Shown: positions 1 to 8,067 of the stretch, one piece after another
How positions within the stretch are numbered: position 1 is the first letter of the stretch
How the letters are laid out: every line of letters starts with the position of its first letter
DNA from: a virus
Virus record (IMG/VR): IMGVR_UViG_3300010345_001206
Length of the DNA stretch: 33,362 nucleotides
Strand: one strand, 5' to 3'
The notes under the pieces: model-generated
Seen by the model: the letters and a program-made list of their open reading frames with translations, nothing else
What the model was told of the DNA's origin: nothing
Database searches by the model: none
Translations under genes and position numbers: made by a program

Positions 1-398
1 ATCGTAGGATTTAAACTTGCGGAATAGTGTCCCCCAACATATTCAGGGCCTCCGATAAGATTTTTGAGATTATTTCTAGCACAACTAAAATACCCTTTTA
101 CTTTTCTGGGGCATCCTCTTAAGGTGGTTAAACCCATACTATCAACCTGAAAATCCCCGTGAGATTCATTAAATTGAATAAAATCTGGAAAATTTCCTTT
201 CCATGTAGTTGCAAAGAAATTCCCGACATTAATAGTAAAATCTTCTAGGATTTCATAATGGCTTTTATGAGTAGCGTTCGAAGTTTTTATAAAATACTTT
301 TCTAACCATTCTTCTATTTTGGATCTCAGACCAATTCCCATAGAAGATTTAGGATTTATTCCTCTTTCAAAATTTATACTCTCCCGAACAATGCCCAT
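1..398 (-). CDS. FERGxxPK-leader protein with C-terminal leucine-rich-like repeats (3' end runs off the window; not in the ORF track)
   Basis: ATG at 398 overlaps the TAA of the upstream gene (TAATG). Hand translation is open to base 1: MGIVRESINFERGINPKSSMGIG...GLTTLRGCPRKVKGYFSCARNNLKNLIGGPEYVGGHYSAS. The last part follows the ~22-aa L-x-x-L-x-G-x-P-x-x-V-x-G-x-F-x-C-x-x-N repeat pattern. Confidence 0.8.
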   Translation of the reverse strand, partial: MGIVRESINFERGINPKSSMGIGLRSKIEEWLEKYFIKTSNATHKSHYEILEDFTINVGNFFATTWKGNFPDFIQFNESHGDFQVDSMGLTTLRGCPRKVKGYFSCARNNLKNLIGGPEYVGGHYSASLNPT

Positions 399-1723
399 TA
401 TACGATCCTGATATTAACTACCCCAGAAGAACCATCGAGGTCATTGCTATTTAGTAGATGAATATCTATATCGTTATAATCTATTGTTCCCGGAAAATAA
501 AGACAAGGATCTGTTACAATAAAGGGGGCAGAAGGATCCAATTCATTCCATTTAATATTAGCGTAAATGGCTCCATCAGGACTATAATGTATTTGTCCAG
601 CATCATCTTTCATTTCAAGCTGAATATTTATGGACGAATCGTTATTAGATCCTGTAGAAAAATATCCAGATGAGAAAACAATGAAAGAACTTGCATCTAT
701 TTGTTTAGTATTAAGATCCGGAATAATTTTAACTACAGGTTCTCTAAATACGGAGACTGCTGGCGTATTTTCCCATATCATAGTAGGAGGAGCATATTGG
801 GTAAAGTCCTCTGGGATATTCCAAATAAAATATTCATGATTCGGCTGCATCCTAGCTATTTCTTGTCTTTCATTAGTATTAGTATAAACCCAGTAAAGAT
901 CTACTTTAGGAGCAACATAATTTTCTCGAGTATAAGACCATTCAATCCATAGGGGAATTCCTTTAGGAATAACCGCACCCTCTTTAGGAGTAGTTATAGA
1001 GAAATCTATTTGATTATTCTTAGTTCCAATAGGATGAATATCGTAGGAAAACCCCCTGATCTTTGTTGTAGCTTTCATCTCAGTTGTTTTGTCAAATACA
1101 GGCTGATATGATTCTATTTCCAAAGAGAAGGTAAGCTTTATAGGATTATCGCTTTCAAAGGAATATTGAATATTTTTTTCAATGGCAATGTCTTCGGGAA
1201 ATCCAACGGTGCATCCTACACGCATTCCCTTATAATAAACGTAATAAGTAACAGTTTTATAAAAAGTTTCTCTTAATTCCTGTTCTATTTTTAAGGCTGT
1301 AATTTGGCGATCTACTCTTATTTCACAATCAATACGAATTTGAAGGGGAATAGAATACAAAAATGAAACATAACTTTCAAGTTTTCCATCAACTTCTTTT
1401 ACATATCTCCCTTGAACATAACGAGAGGTAATTCTTTGAGCATTTATTGTAGATCCTGTATAATTAATAATTCCTCTGGGGATCATATCAAAATTACCAT
1501 CTACAGGTCTTGGGGGTAAGCATTCAGCATAATGAGTATAAAAATCTTGCATAAAACGTTCGTCCCCAGATTCATTAAAAAACCAGGGAACTTTTATCGT
1601 TTCTACATCGTCATTTCCCCATACCTGTTTATATTCGATGTGGTTATTTAAGACATCGAGAAGTCCTGCGATGACCGCTCTTACAAGTATATCTTCATTA
1701 TTATAGCGAGAATATAAGGCCAT
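398..1723 (-). CDS. T4 gp15-like tail terminator/sheath stabilizer with C-terminal beta-rich (Ig-like) extension
   Basis: N-terminal ~215 aa follow the gp15 pattern (IKVP, IPRG, IPLQI-x-I, ALKIEQ, LEIESY). The C-terminal half (ITTPKEGAVI..LWIEW..VDLYW..FIWNIP) is beta-sandwich-like. Confidence 0.6.
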   Translation of the reverse strand: MALYSRYNNEDILVRAVIAGLLDVLNNHIEYKQVWGNDDVETIKVPWFFNESGDERFMQDFYTHYAECLPPRPVDGNFDMIPRGIINYTGSTINAQRITSRYVQGRYVKEVDGKLESYVSFLYSIPLQIRIDCEIRVDRQITALKIEQELRETFYKTVTYYVYYKGMRVGCTVGFPEDIAIEKNIQYSFESDNPIKLTFSLEIESYQPVFDKTTEMKATTKIRGFSYDIHPIGTKNNQIDFSITTPKEGAVIPKGIPLWIEWSYTRENYVAPKVDLYWVYTNTNERQEIARMQPNHEYFIWNIPEDFTQYAPPTMIWENTPAVSVFREPVVKIIPDLNTKQIDASSFIVFSSGYFSTGSNNDSSINIQLEMKDDAGQIHYSPDGAIYANIKWNELDPSAPFIVTDPCLYFPGTIDYNDIDIHLLNSNDLDGSSGVVNIRIV

Positions 1724-1825
1724 TTTCTAAATTTTCATAATTTTTATCAATTATTATAATATATTTATACCCCATTTTTTCTACAGCTTTTTCTTTCTCC
1801 TTAATCATCTTTTTATCTCGATTAT
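1701..1825 (-). pseudogene. Remnant C-terminus of a PD-(D/E)xK homing endonuclease of the same family as 8068-9114
   Basis: 1825-1811 encodes IIEIK. After a 2-nt offset, 1808-1701 encodes MIKEKEKAVEKMGYKYIIIIDKNYENLE. Compare IIEIKS...EKKKATISSGFKYLMILDKNY in the 8068-9114 product. Confidence 0.65.
1762..1769 (-). promoter_or_regulatory. T4-type late promoter consensus TATAAATA upstream of the gp15-like gene
   Basis: Exact TATAAATA on the minus strand, 38 nt upstream of the ATG at 1723. It also coincides with the GYKY codons of the endonuclease remnant, so it may be coincidental. Confidence 0.45.
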
Positions 1826-1827
1826 AC

Positions 1828-3561
1828 CTATTTATCAGAAATAACTCTAATACGATTCAAAAATTCTTTAGGAAAAGACCTTCGATGATTATGTATGAGA
1901 TCGCTTAAACATCCATCTAAAATGTAAGTTATTGCCCAATCCTTTTCGCTTCGGATACTTCTTCCTACCCCTTGCAATAAGCCAATAATACATTTCCACT
2001 GATACCACGTGGGATTTATTGCTAATTTAGCTTTTACAAATCGGTCTCCGAGACTAAGATAAGGCACCTTAGCAAATATCTGAAATCTTGACCACTCATC
2101 TTTAAGATCTAATCCTTCAAGTAAAGAAGGACCAATAAGAACTTTATCCTTAGAAAATTTTAGGATCTCTAATGTTTTTCTTTTTTCCTCAGTTCCATTA
2201 TAAACCAAAACTCTTTTTCTATTTTTTGGAGTTAAATTCTGAAATATTTTCATGGAAAGATCATACGAAGCTGAATGAATTATTCCACTTTCCCCTTTAT
2301 GCTTATCCAATATTTCATTTATTTTTTCATATAACCAAGGCAAATTATCGCTAATATGATTATAGGACATTTTCTTCTGATTGTAATAATAAATAGGGCT
2401 TTTTGTAAAATCAAAAGAACTATCTACTTTAATATATTTAGCTCCTTTCAATGACATGCTTAGAAGATAATCAGCGGGGTCAGCAAAAGTAGCACTCATA
2501 AAAACCCTAAATCCTGTCCATCTATGGAAATATTTGTGCATTAAATAAGATTCTTTCAGGCAATTAAAGATCAAAGTATCCTCTCCTTGGGGATTTTTTA
2601 CTAAATTCCTGGTTGAAGTATTTTCAATGATATTAACATAGTCATCTACTTTATATTCCAGGTCAGTAAGCCATTCAGAAATCCATAAAGCCTCTCTCCA
2701 TTCTTTTGGCGGGTTATCTTTTGGGTAATCTTGCTGAACACGATCCTTTAATAGTGTGATAGATCTAAGATAAACTTTAAGATTTATGCTAATTCTTTGA
2801 AGTATCTCATGTAAACGATCTTGATTTTCTTCAATCCATAATTGCTGTATTGCAGATTTTATTTCTACAAATTCATTATAATGATTTGAAACTTTATAAA
2901 CACTAAAAAAGTCTGTTATTTTTTGAAGTTTTTCTATTGTTTTATCATCAAATCTCGGAGAATAATTATTTTGAACAATATCCAAAATTTTGTGACCTTC
3001 GTCGCATATTGTAAAATCCCTTGGTTTGAACAGCTGTTTTTCTTCTGGGCGGATCATATTAACATAGTTCATGTGAACTAACCAATAAGCATAGTTTAAT
3101 AGAGATGTAGAAGAAGATGAAGCATGATCACGAGCATTATAATAGGGACAATCCGCATAGCAATCCATTGTATAGGGATTCAAGTTTTTTATACGGCAAG
3201 TTCCTAAGCTATTTTTATCCAGATTATCTATACAAATATAGTTATCTAAACCTTTAACACTGCCCCATGAAAGATTAAATCTTTTGAAGTCCTTTTCATA
3301 TTGATCCTGGAGAGCAATATCCGAAGCCAACAAATATCCTTTCTTTCCCTCCTGGGTTAGAATCCAAGCACTACACATAGCTATAAGGCTCTTGCCTGAT
3401 CCTACCGGGGCGTCAAGAATTACTGTATCATATCTTTGATCAAAATATGCTTCAACTATTCCTTCTATGGCTTCTCGCTGTCCTTTTCTCCACTCGAATT
3501 CTTTAGGCAGGAAAGTATTCTTAAAGTCGTTAAAATATGCTTCAAGTTTATTTTTATCCAT
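1828..3561 (-). CDS. DinG/XPD-family SF2 helicase with probable Fe-S cluster
   Basis: Q motif WRKGQREAI; Walker A DAPVGSGKS; four Cys in NYIC..GTC..DC..DCPYY; motif II DEGH; motif VI QGVGRSIRS. Start moved to the ATG at 3561 because the ORF-track start at 3585 lies inside a terminator hairpin. Confidence 0.9.
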   Translation of the reverse strand: MDKNKLEAYFNDFKNTFLPKEFEWRKGQREAIEGIVEAYFDQRYDTVILDAPVGSGKSLIAMCSAWILTQEGKKGYLLASDIALQDQYEKDFKRFNLSWGSVKGLDNYICIDNLDKNSLGTCRIKNLNPYTMDCYADCPYYNARDHASSSSTSLLNYAYWLVHMNYVNMIRPEEKQLFKPRDFTICDEGHKILDIVQNNYSPRFDDKTIEKLQKITDFFSVYKVSNHYNEFVEIKSAIQQLWIEENQDRLHEILQRISINLKVYLRSITLLKDRVQQDYPKDNPPKEWREALWISEWLTDLEYKVDDYVNIIENTSTRNLVKNPQGEDTLIFNCLKESYLMHKYFHRWTGFRVFMSATFADPADYLLSMSLKGAKYIKVDSSFDFTKSPIYYYNQKKMSYNHISDNLPWLYEKINEILDKHKGESGIIHSASYDLSMKIFQNLTPKNRKRVLVYNGTEEKRKTLEILKFSKDKVLIGPSLLEGLDLKDEWSRFQIFAKVPYLSLGDRFVKAKLAINPTWYQWKCIIGLLQGVGRSIRSEKDWAITYILDGCLSDLIHNHRRSFPKEFLNRIRVISDK

Positions 3562-3575
3562 ACCTATTTTACAAC

Positions 3576-3602
3576 AAAAAAGCACTAAGTTTTCTTAGTG
3601 CT
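3576..3602 (-). terminator. Rho-independent terminator ending the 6232-3622 operon
   Basis: Perfect 9-bp stem AGCACTAAG/CTTAGTGCT, 4-nt loop, followed by a T run on the minus strand. Confidence 0.85.
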
Positions 3603-3621
3603 ATATAAAGATAGGTTAAAT

Positions 3622-4602
3622 TTAGAATCCTAATTTCTTTAATTTATTAGAAGCTTCAGCAGCATCCTTTTTGGCCGGATTAGGTTCTATAGCATCGTAT
3701 GCTTCAACAAACTTTCGAAGTTCCTTCATATCTATTCCTTTTAGTAAATTTTCTCCGATTGTTTTAAGATCAAAACTCCAGCTATATCCTTTTCTAATAT
3801 CTGAAATGGTTTTTTCCATTGATTTATCAAAATTATCAATAATCTGTTGTTTAAAATTATCAAGAACTCGATCAAATTTTTTATCCAGTTCAGCCCTTTT
3901 CTTTTCTGCAAAAATATCGTATCTTTCTTTTTGAGATCTAGAACTAGAAGGATCATAATGACTAGACTGAGGATTAAGAGGATCCTCAAGACTTTTTGCA
4001 GAGGATCTATCACTTATTTTTTTCCTTCGTTCTAAATCAGCATAAATTATAAAAAGTTGAATATTGTCTTCAGAATTTTTGGTTTTGAGATCCTTTAACC
4101 ATCCCTGGAGTTCGGGAACAGATTTTTCACCTAAATCCGCAGGATCGTAATGCTGATGACGACCCCTTGCTTCATTTAATTCATAATATTTAGGGGGATT
4201 GAGATTCTCATTTTTCTGGGATGCTACTCTTTCCTCTTCTCTTCTTTTAATTTCTTCTTCTCTCCTTTTATCCTCTTCTTCCCTTTTTTTCTTGCGAACC
4301 GAATATTCCTGATCTGCATCCTTTATTTTAAATTTGTTTGTACTAAAAGATGCAATTAAATATTTGGATTTTCCATTAACTTTAACAATAGCTACCAAAA
4401 AATCGCTATCTTTAAATTTTTTGAGAAAAGTTTTATAATCAGAATCTATGGAAAGTTCTTCAACCTTGGATTTCATTCCTCCTCTTCCACCTTGCTGAGT
4501 TCGAAGAATCTCATTCTTCCACTCAGAAGGAATATCGGAAAAAGGCTTTAAAGAACCTAAATCTTCATTAAGAAAATCTGAAAGGGATTCGTATACAAAC
4601 AT
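3622..4602 (-). CDS. Hypothetical protein, candidate internal virion protein
   Basis: 326-aa ORF. N-terminus MFVYESLSDFLNE and internal YELNE resemble prohead-protease sites. Central E/K/R-rich coiled coil. Confidence 0.8.
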   Translation of the reverse strand: MFVYESLSDFLNEDLGSLKPFSDIPSEWKNEILRTQQGGRGGMKSKVEELSIDSDYKTFLKKFKDSDFLVAIVKVNGKSKYLIASFSTNKFKIKDADQEYSVRKKKREEEDKRREEEIKRREEERVASQKNENLNPPKYYELNEARGRHQHYDPADLGEKSVPELQGWLKDLKTKNSEDNIQLFIIYADLERRKKISDRSSAKSLEDPLNPQSSHYDPSSSRSQKERYDIFAEKKRAELDKKFDRVLDNFKQQIIDNFDKSMEKTISDIRKGYSWSFDLKTIGENLLKGIDMKELRKFVEAYDAIEPNPAKKDAAEASNKLKKLGF

Positions 4603-4616
4603 TAAAATGAATTATT

Positions 4617-5285
4617 TTATTCTTCGTCGTATTCGTCTTCGGTGTTATAATTATCTGCAAGACTTTCTACGTAATCCATAGCTTCCTGTAATGATCTAAA
4701 GGATTGTTCGTTTCCGCTTGGAACTTCTGGATCCTGGCAAGTAACAAAATATGGATCCTCATCTTCAGGTTCATATTGAACATTTACAAAGGTTTCTCCA
4801 ATTTCAAATCCTATTTCATTATCTGCGATAACTAATTCAGCCTGATATGCCCCAGCTAAATCTTGCATAGCAGCCTTAAGCTCTTCAAAAGGACCACCAG
4901 AAAAATCTTCATTTACAATTTCTTCCTCTTCTATAGCAGAAAAAGTATAAATATTTTCTAATTTAATCTTTTTGATTTGGCCATTGACTTTAAAAAGAAA
5001 TGCGTCCCCTGCAGGTAATTCAGCCATGGGGACTCCTTCTATTTTAGAACCATCTTTTAATTTTAAAAGGTAAGTTAATCTTGAATATTCTGGTGTTTTT
5101 AATTCATTACCAAAAATCTTTCGCATTTTATCCATAGTACTTTCTATTTCAATATATTCTTCTCCATCTTCTTCTTCGGAAAAGTCAACATCTTCTATGG
5201 GTTCAACATCAGAAAGTTCTGCATCAAATTCATATTCCTGTTCGTGAAGGAAATCATTAATGTTTTCTGAAACGGCTTTTTTCAT
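4617..5285 (-). CDS. Acidic hypothetical protein with possible Sm/Hfq-like central domain, candidate internal virion protein
   Basis: Probable start MKKAVSENINDFLHE at 5285, which removes the overlap with the upstream ORF. Internal IVNE site. Confidence 0.75.
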   Translation of the reverse strand: MKKAVSENINDFLHEQEYEFDAELSDVEPIEDVDFSEEEDGEEYIEIESTMDKMRKIFGNELKTPEYSRLTYLLKLKDGSKIEGVPMAELPAGDAFLFKVNGQIKKIKLENIYTFSAIEEEEIVNEDFSGGPFEELKAAMQDLAGAYQAELVIADNEIGFEIGETFVNVQYEPEDEDPYFVTCQDPEVPSGNEQSFRSLQEAMDYVESLADNYNTEDEYDEE

Positions 5286-5295
5286 CTTATTCCTT

Positions 5296-5544
5296 TTAAT
5301 ATTTTTTTCCTTCGGGATCCGGTCCACCATGAAGCCATTGTCTTATGTCTTCATAATAAGGTCTTCCCCTGTGCTCACCTATATGGTAAGGCCAAGCAGC
5401 TCCAAATTCAAAAGCTTCTTCATTATTTGCCATATAAAAATGAGTCGAATCTATCTTTTTTATATACCAAGGATAGCCTTCGAAGAATATTTGAGTTATT
5501 CCCTTATCATTAACCAGGGATTCATTAACCTTTTTCGCCCTCAT
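5296..5544 (-). CDS. Small hypothetical protein with MRAKKVNES leader
   Basis: 82-aa ORF within the late operon. Leader resembles MRAKKILEN of 14447-14866. Confidence 0.75.
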   Translation of the reverse strand: MRAKKVNESLVNDKGITQIFFEGYPWYIKKIDSTHFYMANNEEAFEFGAAWPYHIGEHRGRPYYEDIRQWLHGGPDPEGKKY

Positions 5545-6232
5545 CTTCTACTTCGTCAAAGTCATCTTCTAAATCTACTTCTTCCTCAGGTTCAGCAAAT
5601 TCTTCGGAATTGAAAAAATCTAAGTCATCAAAACTTAATTCATCTTCTTCTTCACGTCTTGGCATGGGTTCTTCTCCAAAGCGAGCTTCACCCCCCTGAA
5701 TTTGGAAATTATCTAAAGAAGGCATTTCAATATCATCCCATTCTTCTCCTTCCTCCGGTTCTGGAAGTTCATCTTCCTCGGGTTCTGGAAGTTCATCTTC
5801 CTCGGGTTCCGGAAGTTCGTCTTCAACTTCTTCAGGTTCAGGAAGTTCATCTTCTCCGGGAACTCCTGGGGTTAGATCCATTGGTTCAGGTTCGGCATCG
5901 GGATCATAATCATCAATAGGAGGCATAATTGGCTCAGGTTCTGGGCTTCCTGTCATGGGGGCTGGTTCTTCGACCTCTGGCTCTTCAACAGGAATCGGCT
6001 GAATTATTTCAGAATCTTCTTCTCCAAAGACAACGTATTTTTTAACAGAATCGAGATAATCATCTGCTTTAGTAAGATAGCTCTGGACCCAGGCATCAAT
6101 TTCTCCGCAAGATTCTATTTTAGCTAATAGTTCCTCGACGTTAGATTGGATGCTCTTTAACTGAATTTTAGCCATCTTGGCTTCATCATTACATTGTTTC
6201 CAGTCCTCTTCAAAAAGACGGTTCTTTTTCAT
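5525..6232 (-). CDS. Very acidic protein: helical N-terminal domain plus E/D/P-rich repeat tail
   Basis: N-terminal EAKMAKIQL..AWVQSYLTKADDYLDSV helical domain, a pattern I recall from environmental T4-like phage proteins. Repeated EDELPEPE. TATAAATA just upstream. Confidence 0.8.
   Translation of the reverse strand: MKKNRLFEEDWKQCNDEAKMAKIQLKSIQSNVEELLAKIESCGEIDAWVQSYLTKADDYLDSVKKYVVFGEEDSEIIQPIPVEEPEVEEPAPMTGSPEPEPIMPPIDDYDPDAEPEPMDLTPGVPGEDELPEPEEVEDELPEPEEDELPEPEEDELPEPEEGEEWDDIEMPSLDNFQIQGGEARFGEEPMPRREEEDELSFDDLDFFNSEEFAEPEEEVDLEDDFDEVEDEGEKG
5757..5854. repeat. 24-bp in-frame tandem repeat (EEDELPEP)
   Basis: GGTTCTGGAAGTTCATCTTCCTCG occurs as two perfect copies (5757-5804), then two degenerate partial copies (5805-5824, 5835-5854). 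Confidence 0.9.
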
Positions 6233-6245
6233 AATTAGATATTTT

Positions 6246-6253
6246 TATTTATA
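6246..6253 (-). promoter_or_regulatory. T4-type late promoter TATAAATA
   Basis: Exact consensus 13 nt upstream of the ATG at 6232, directly after the gp46 terminator. Confidence 0.7.
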
Positions 6254-6261
6254 TATTAAAG

Positions 6262-6294
6262 CAAAATAAAAGGGGAATGTTTAATATTCCCCTT
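6262..6294 (-). terminator. Terminator overlapping the gp46 stop codon
   Basis: 9-bp stem AAGGGGAAT/ATTCCCCTT, 7-nt loop, followed by TTATTTTG on the minus strand. Confidence 0.7.
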
Positions 6295-7984
6295 CGTCTA
6301 ATTTTTCTACTGTCATATCTGAAAAACCAGCATTTTTTTGTATTTCCACTCGATAGGAAAAATATTCTACAGGCAATGGAGAGTGGTTTATAATAAAAAT
6401 ATTCATCATAAGTTCCTTTGCTGTATTCCTAAGAAGCCCGATAATATCATAAATACCATCACCATCTATTGAGGAAAGGACCTCATCAAGCATAAAAATA
6501 TTTAGGGATGGATACTTGCGTTTAAGCATACGTATAATCGATATAAGTACCGCCAGATCAACTCTTTTCTTCTCGCCAGTGGATAATGTCTCTACGTTAA
6601 CTTCGATGCCTAAATGGTTTAATTTTGGCTCAAAATCAGAATTAAATTTAAGTTCATAGGGGAAATGGAGTTCTTGAAGAGTAAATTCAATTTCTTTATT
6701 TAATGTAGGAAGATAGGATTCAAGGATTCTTTTCTTTACGCCATTATCGCTATAGAGATCGCTAAGGATAGCCATATACTTATACTTATCATCTAAAACA
6801 GTTTTTTCCGTTTCCTTTTTCTGAATAGTCTCAGAGTTCTTCGATATAATATTTTCGATGCTTTGAAATTCTTGAGGTTTATCTCCTTTTAATTGGTTAA
6901 ACTCCTTCTGAAGAGTAGAAAAAGCAGTTCTAACCTGAACAATATACTCATTTATTTTAGATAGGGTTTCCTGTATCTTTTTTAAAGCTTCATCATATTT
7001 GCTTTCCCCCGATAATAAAACATTAAGATCAGCCTGTTTCTTTTTAATTGTTTCATCTAATTCCCCTCTAACCAATTCAAATCTTTTATCATTAAATGGG
7101 GTTTCACATGTTGGACACTTATCCTGCTGATAAAGACCTATTTTTTTGTTTATCTCCTTTATAGAAGATTGAAGCTTGCTCTTTTGTTCTAAAAATTGTT
7201 TTTGAGCGACCCTAATCTCATCCTGCTTATCCTGATAAGATTTTTGTTTCTTATAAGCGTCTTCTAATTTCGGTTTATATTCCAGCATTTTTTCCCTTAT
7301 TGCTTCCAATCTTTTTGTATTATCTTCAGCAACAGTTTTCTTTAGCTTTTCAAGTTCTTTTTGAGCTCCCTTTATAGCATTCTGAAGAGATACAATTTCT
7401 CGATCATATAAATCTATATTGATTTTAGCTTCTCTTAGATCTTTTTTAACGAGGTCGTTCATTCTATTAATAATTTCCATAGCAAAAAGCTTATCAATAA
7501 TGATACGCTTATCACTTGGGGTCATTGAAATAAAAGACTTAAAATCATTAACTGAAAGAGAAATTATATTGCTAAAAATATGGTATGGGAGCCCTGTAAC
7601 TTCAAGGTCTATATAATCTTGATAGTTCTTTATTCCTGCTTTTCCAATATCGTTATCTTCATTAGGTTCTTCCCCTTGCATGTATTTGTAAACTTTTAGA
7701 TCTGCAGGTGATATATTCCTTTCAATTGTAACGAAGGTTCCAGGGCTTGTCTCAATTTCTCCTTTTACCCAACCATGTTTGTTTATTCTATTTGCTATAT
7801 CTTCTTTTTTGAATTTGTCAAGCTTACCATAATAAAGAATCTTCGGAAGATTAACTACAAAGGATTTTCCATGACCGTTTTTTCCAAGAACCATCCATAG
7901 ACCTCCTTCATCTGAAAGTTCAAATGTTTGGAGTTTGTTACCATAGGGTCCCACATTCCTCCAGGAAATTCGTTTCAAGCGCAT
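6281..7984 (-). CDS. gp46: Recombination endonuclease ATPase subunit (gp46/SbcC/Rad50-like)
   Basis: Walker A GKNGHGKS; coiled coils with CPTC zinc hook; signature LSTGEK; Walker B/D-loop FMLDEVLSSID; H-loop INHS. Confidence 0.95.
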   Translation of the reverse strand: MRLKRISWRNVGPYGNKLQTFELSDEGGLWMVLGKNGHGKSFVVNLPKILYYGKLDKFKKEDIANRINKHGWVKGEIETSPGTFVTIERNISPADLKVYKYMQGEEPNEDNDIGKAGIKNYQDYIDLEVTGLPYHIFSNIISLSVNDFKSFISMTPSDKRIIIDKLFAMEIINRMNDLVKKDLREAKINIDLYDREIVSLQNAIKGAQKELEKLKKTVAEDNTKRLEAIREKMLEYKPKLEDAYKKQKSYQDKQDEIRVAQKQFLEQKSKLQSSIKEINKKIGLYQQDKCPTCETPFNDKRFELVRGELDETIKKKQADLNVLLSGESKYDEALKKIQETLSKINEYIVQVRTAFSTLQKEFNQLKGDKPQEFQSIENIISKNSETIQKKETEKTVLDDKYKYMAILSDLYSDNGVKKRILESYLPTLNKEIEFTLQELHFPYELKFNSDFEPKLNHLGIEVNVETLSTGEKKRVDLAVLISIIRMLKRKYPSLNIFMLDEVLSSIDGDGIYDIIGLLRNTAKELMMNIFIINHSPLPVEYFSYRVEIQKNAGFSDMTVEKLDEGEY

Positions 7985-8067
7985 ATATTACGTAGATTAA
8001 AAATATGAAATTTCATTTAGAATTTATTTGATATATATTATACACACATTATAATAAAAGTTTAATT

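Noticed and set aside
5757-5854. Repeat array as a possible CRISPR or DGR element
   Set aside because: The repeats are contiguous, in frame and lack unique spacers. No cas or reverse transcriptase gene and no template/variable repeat pair was seen.
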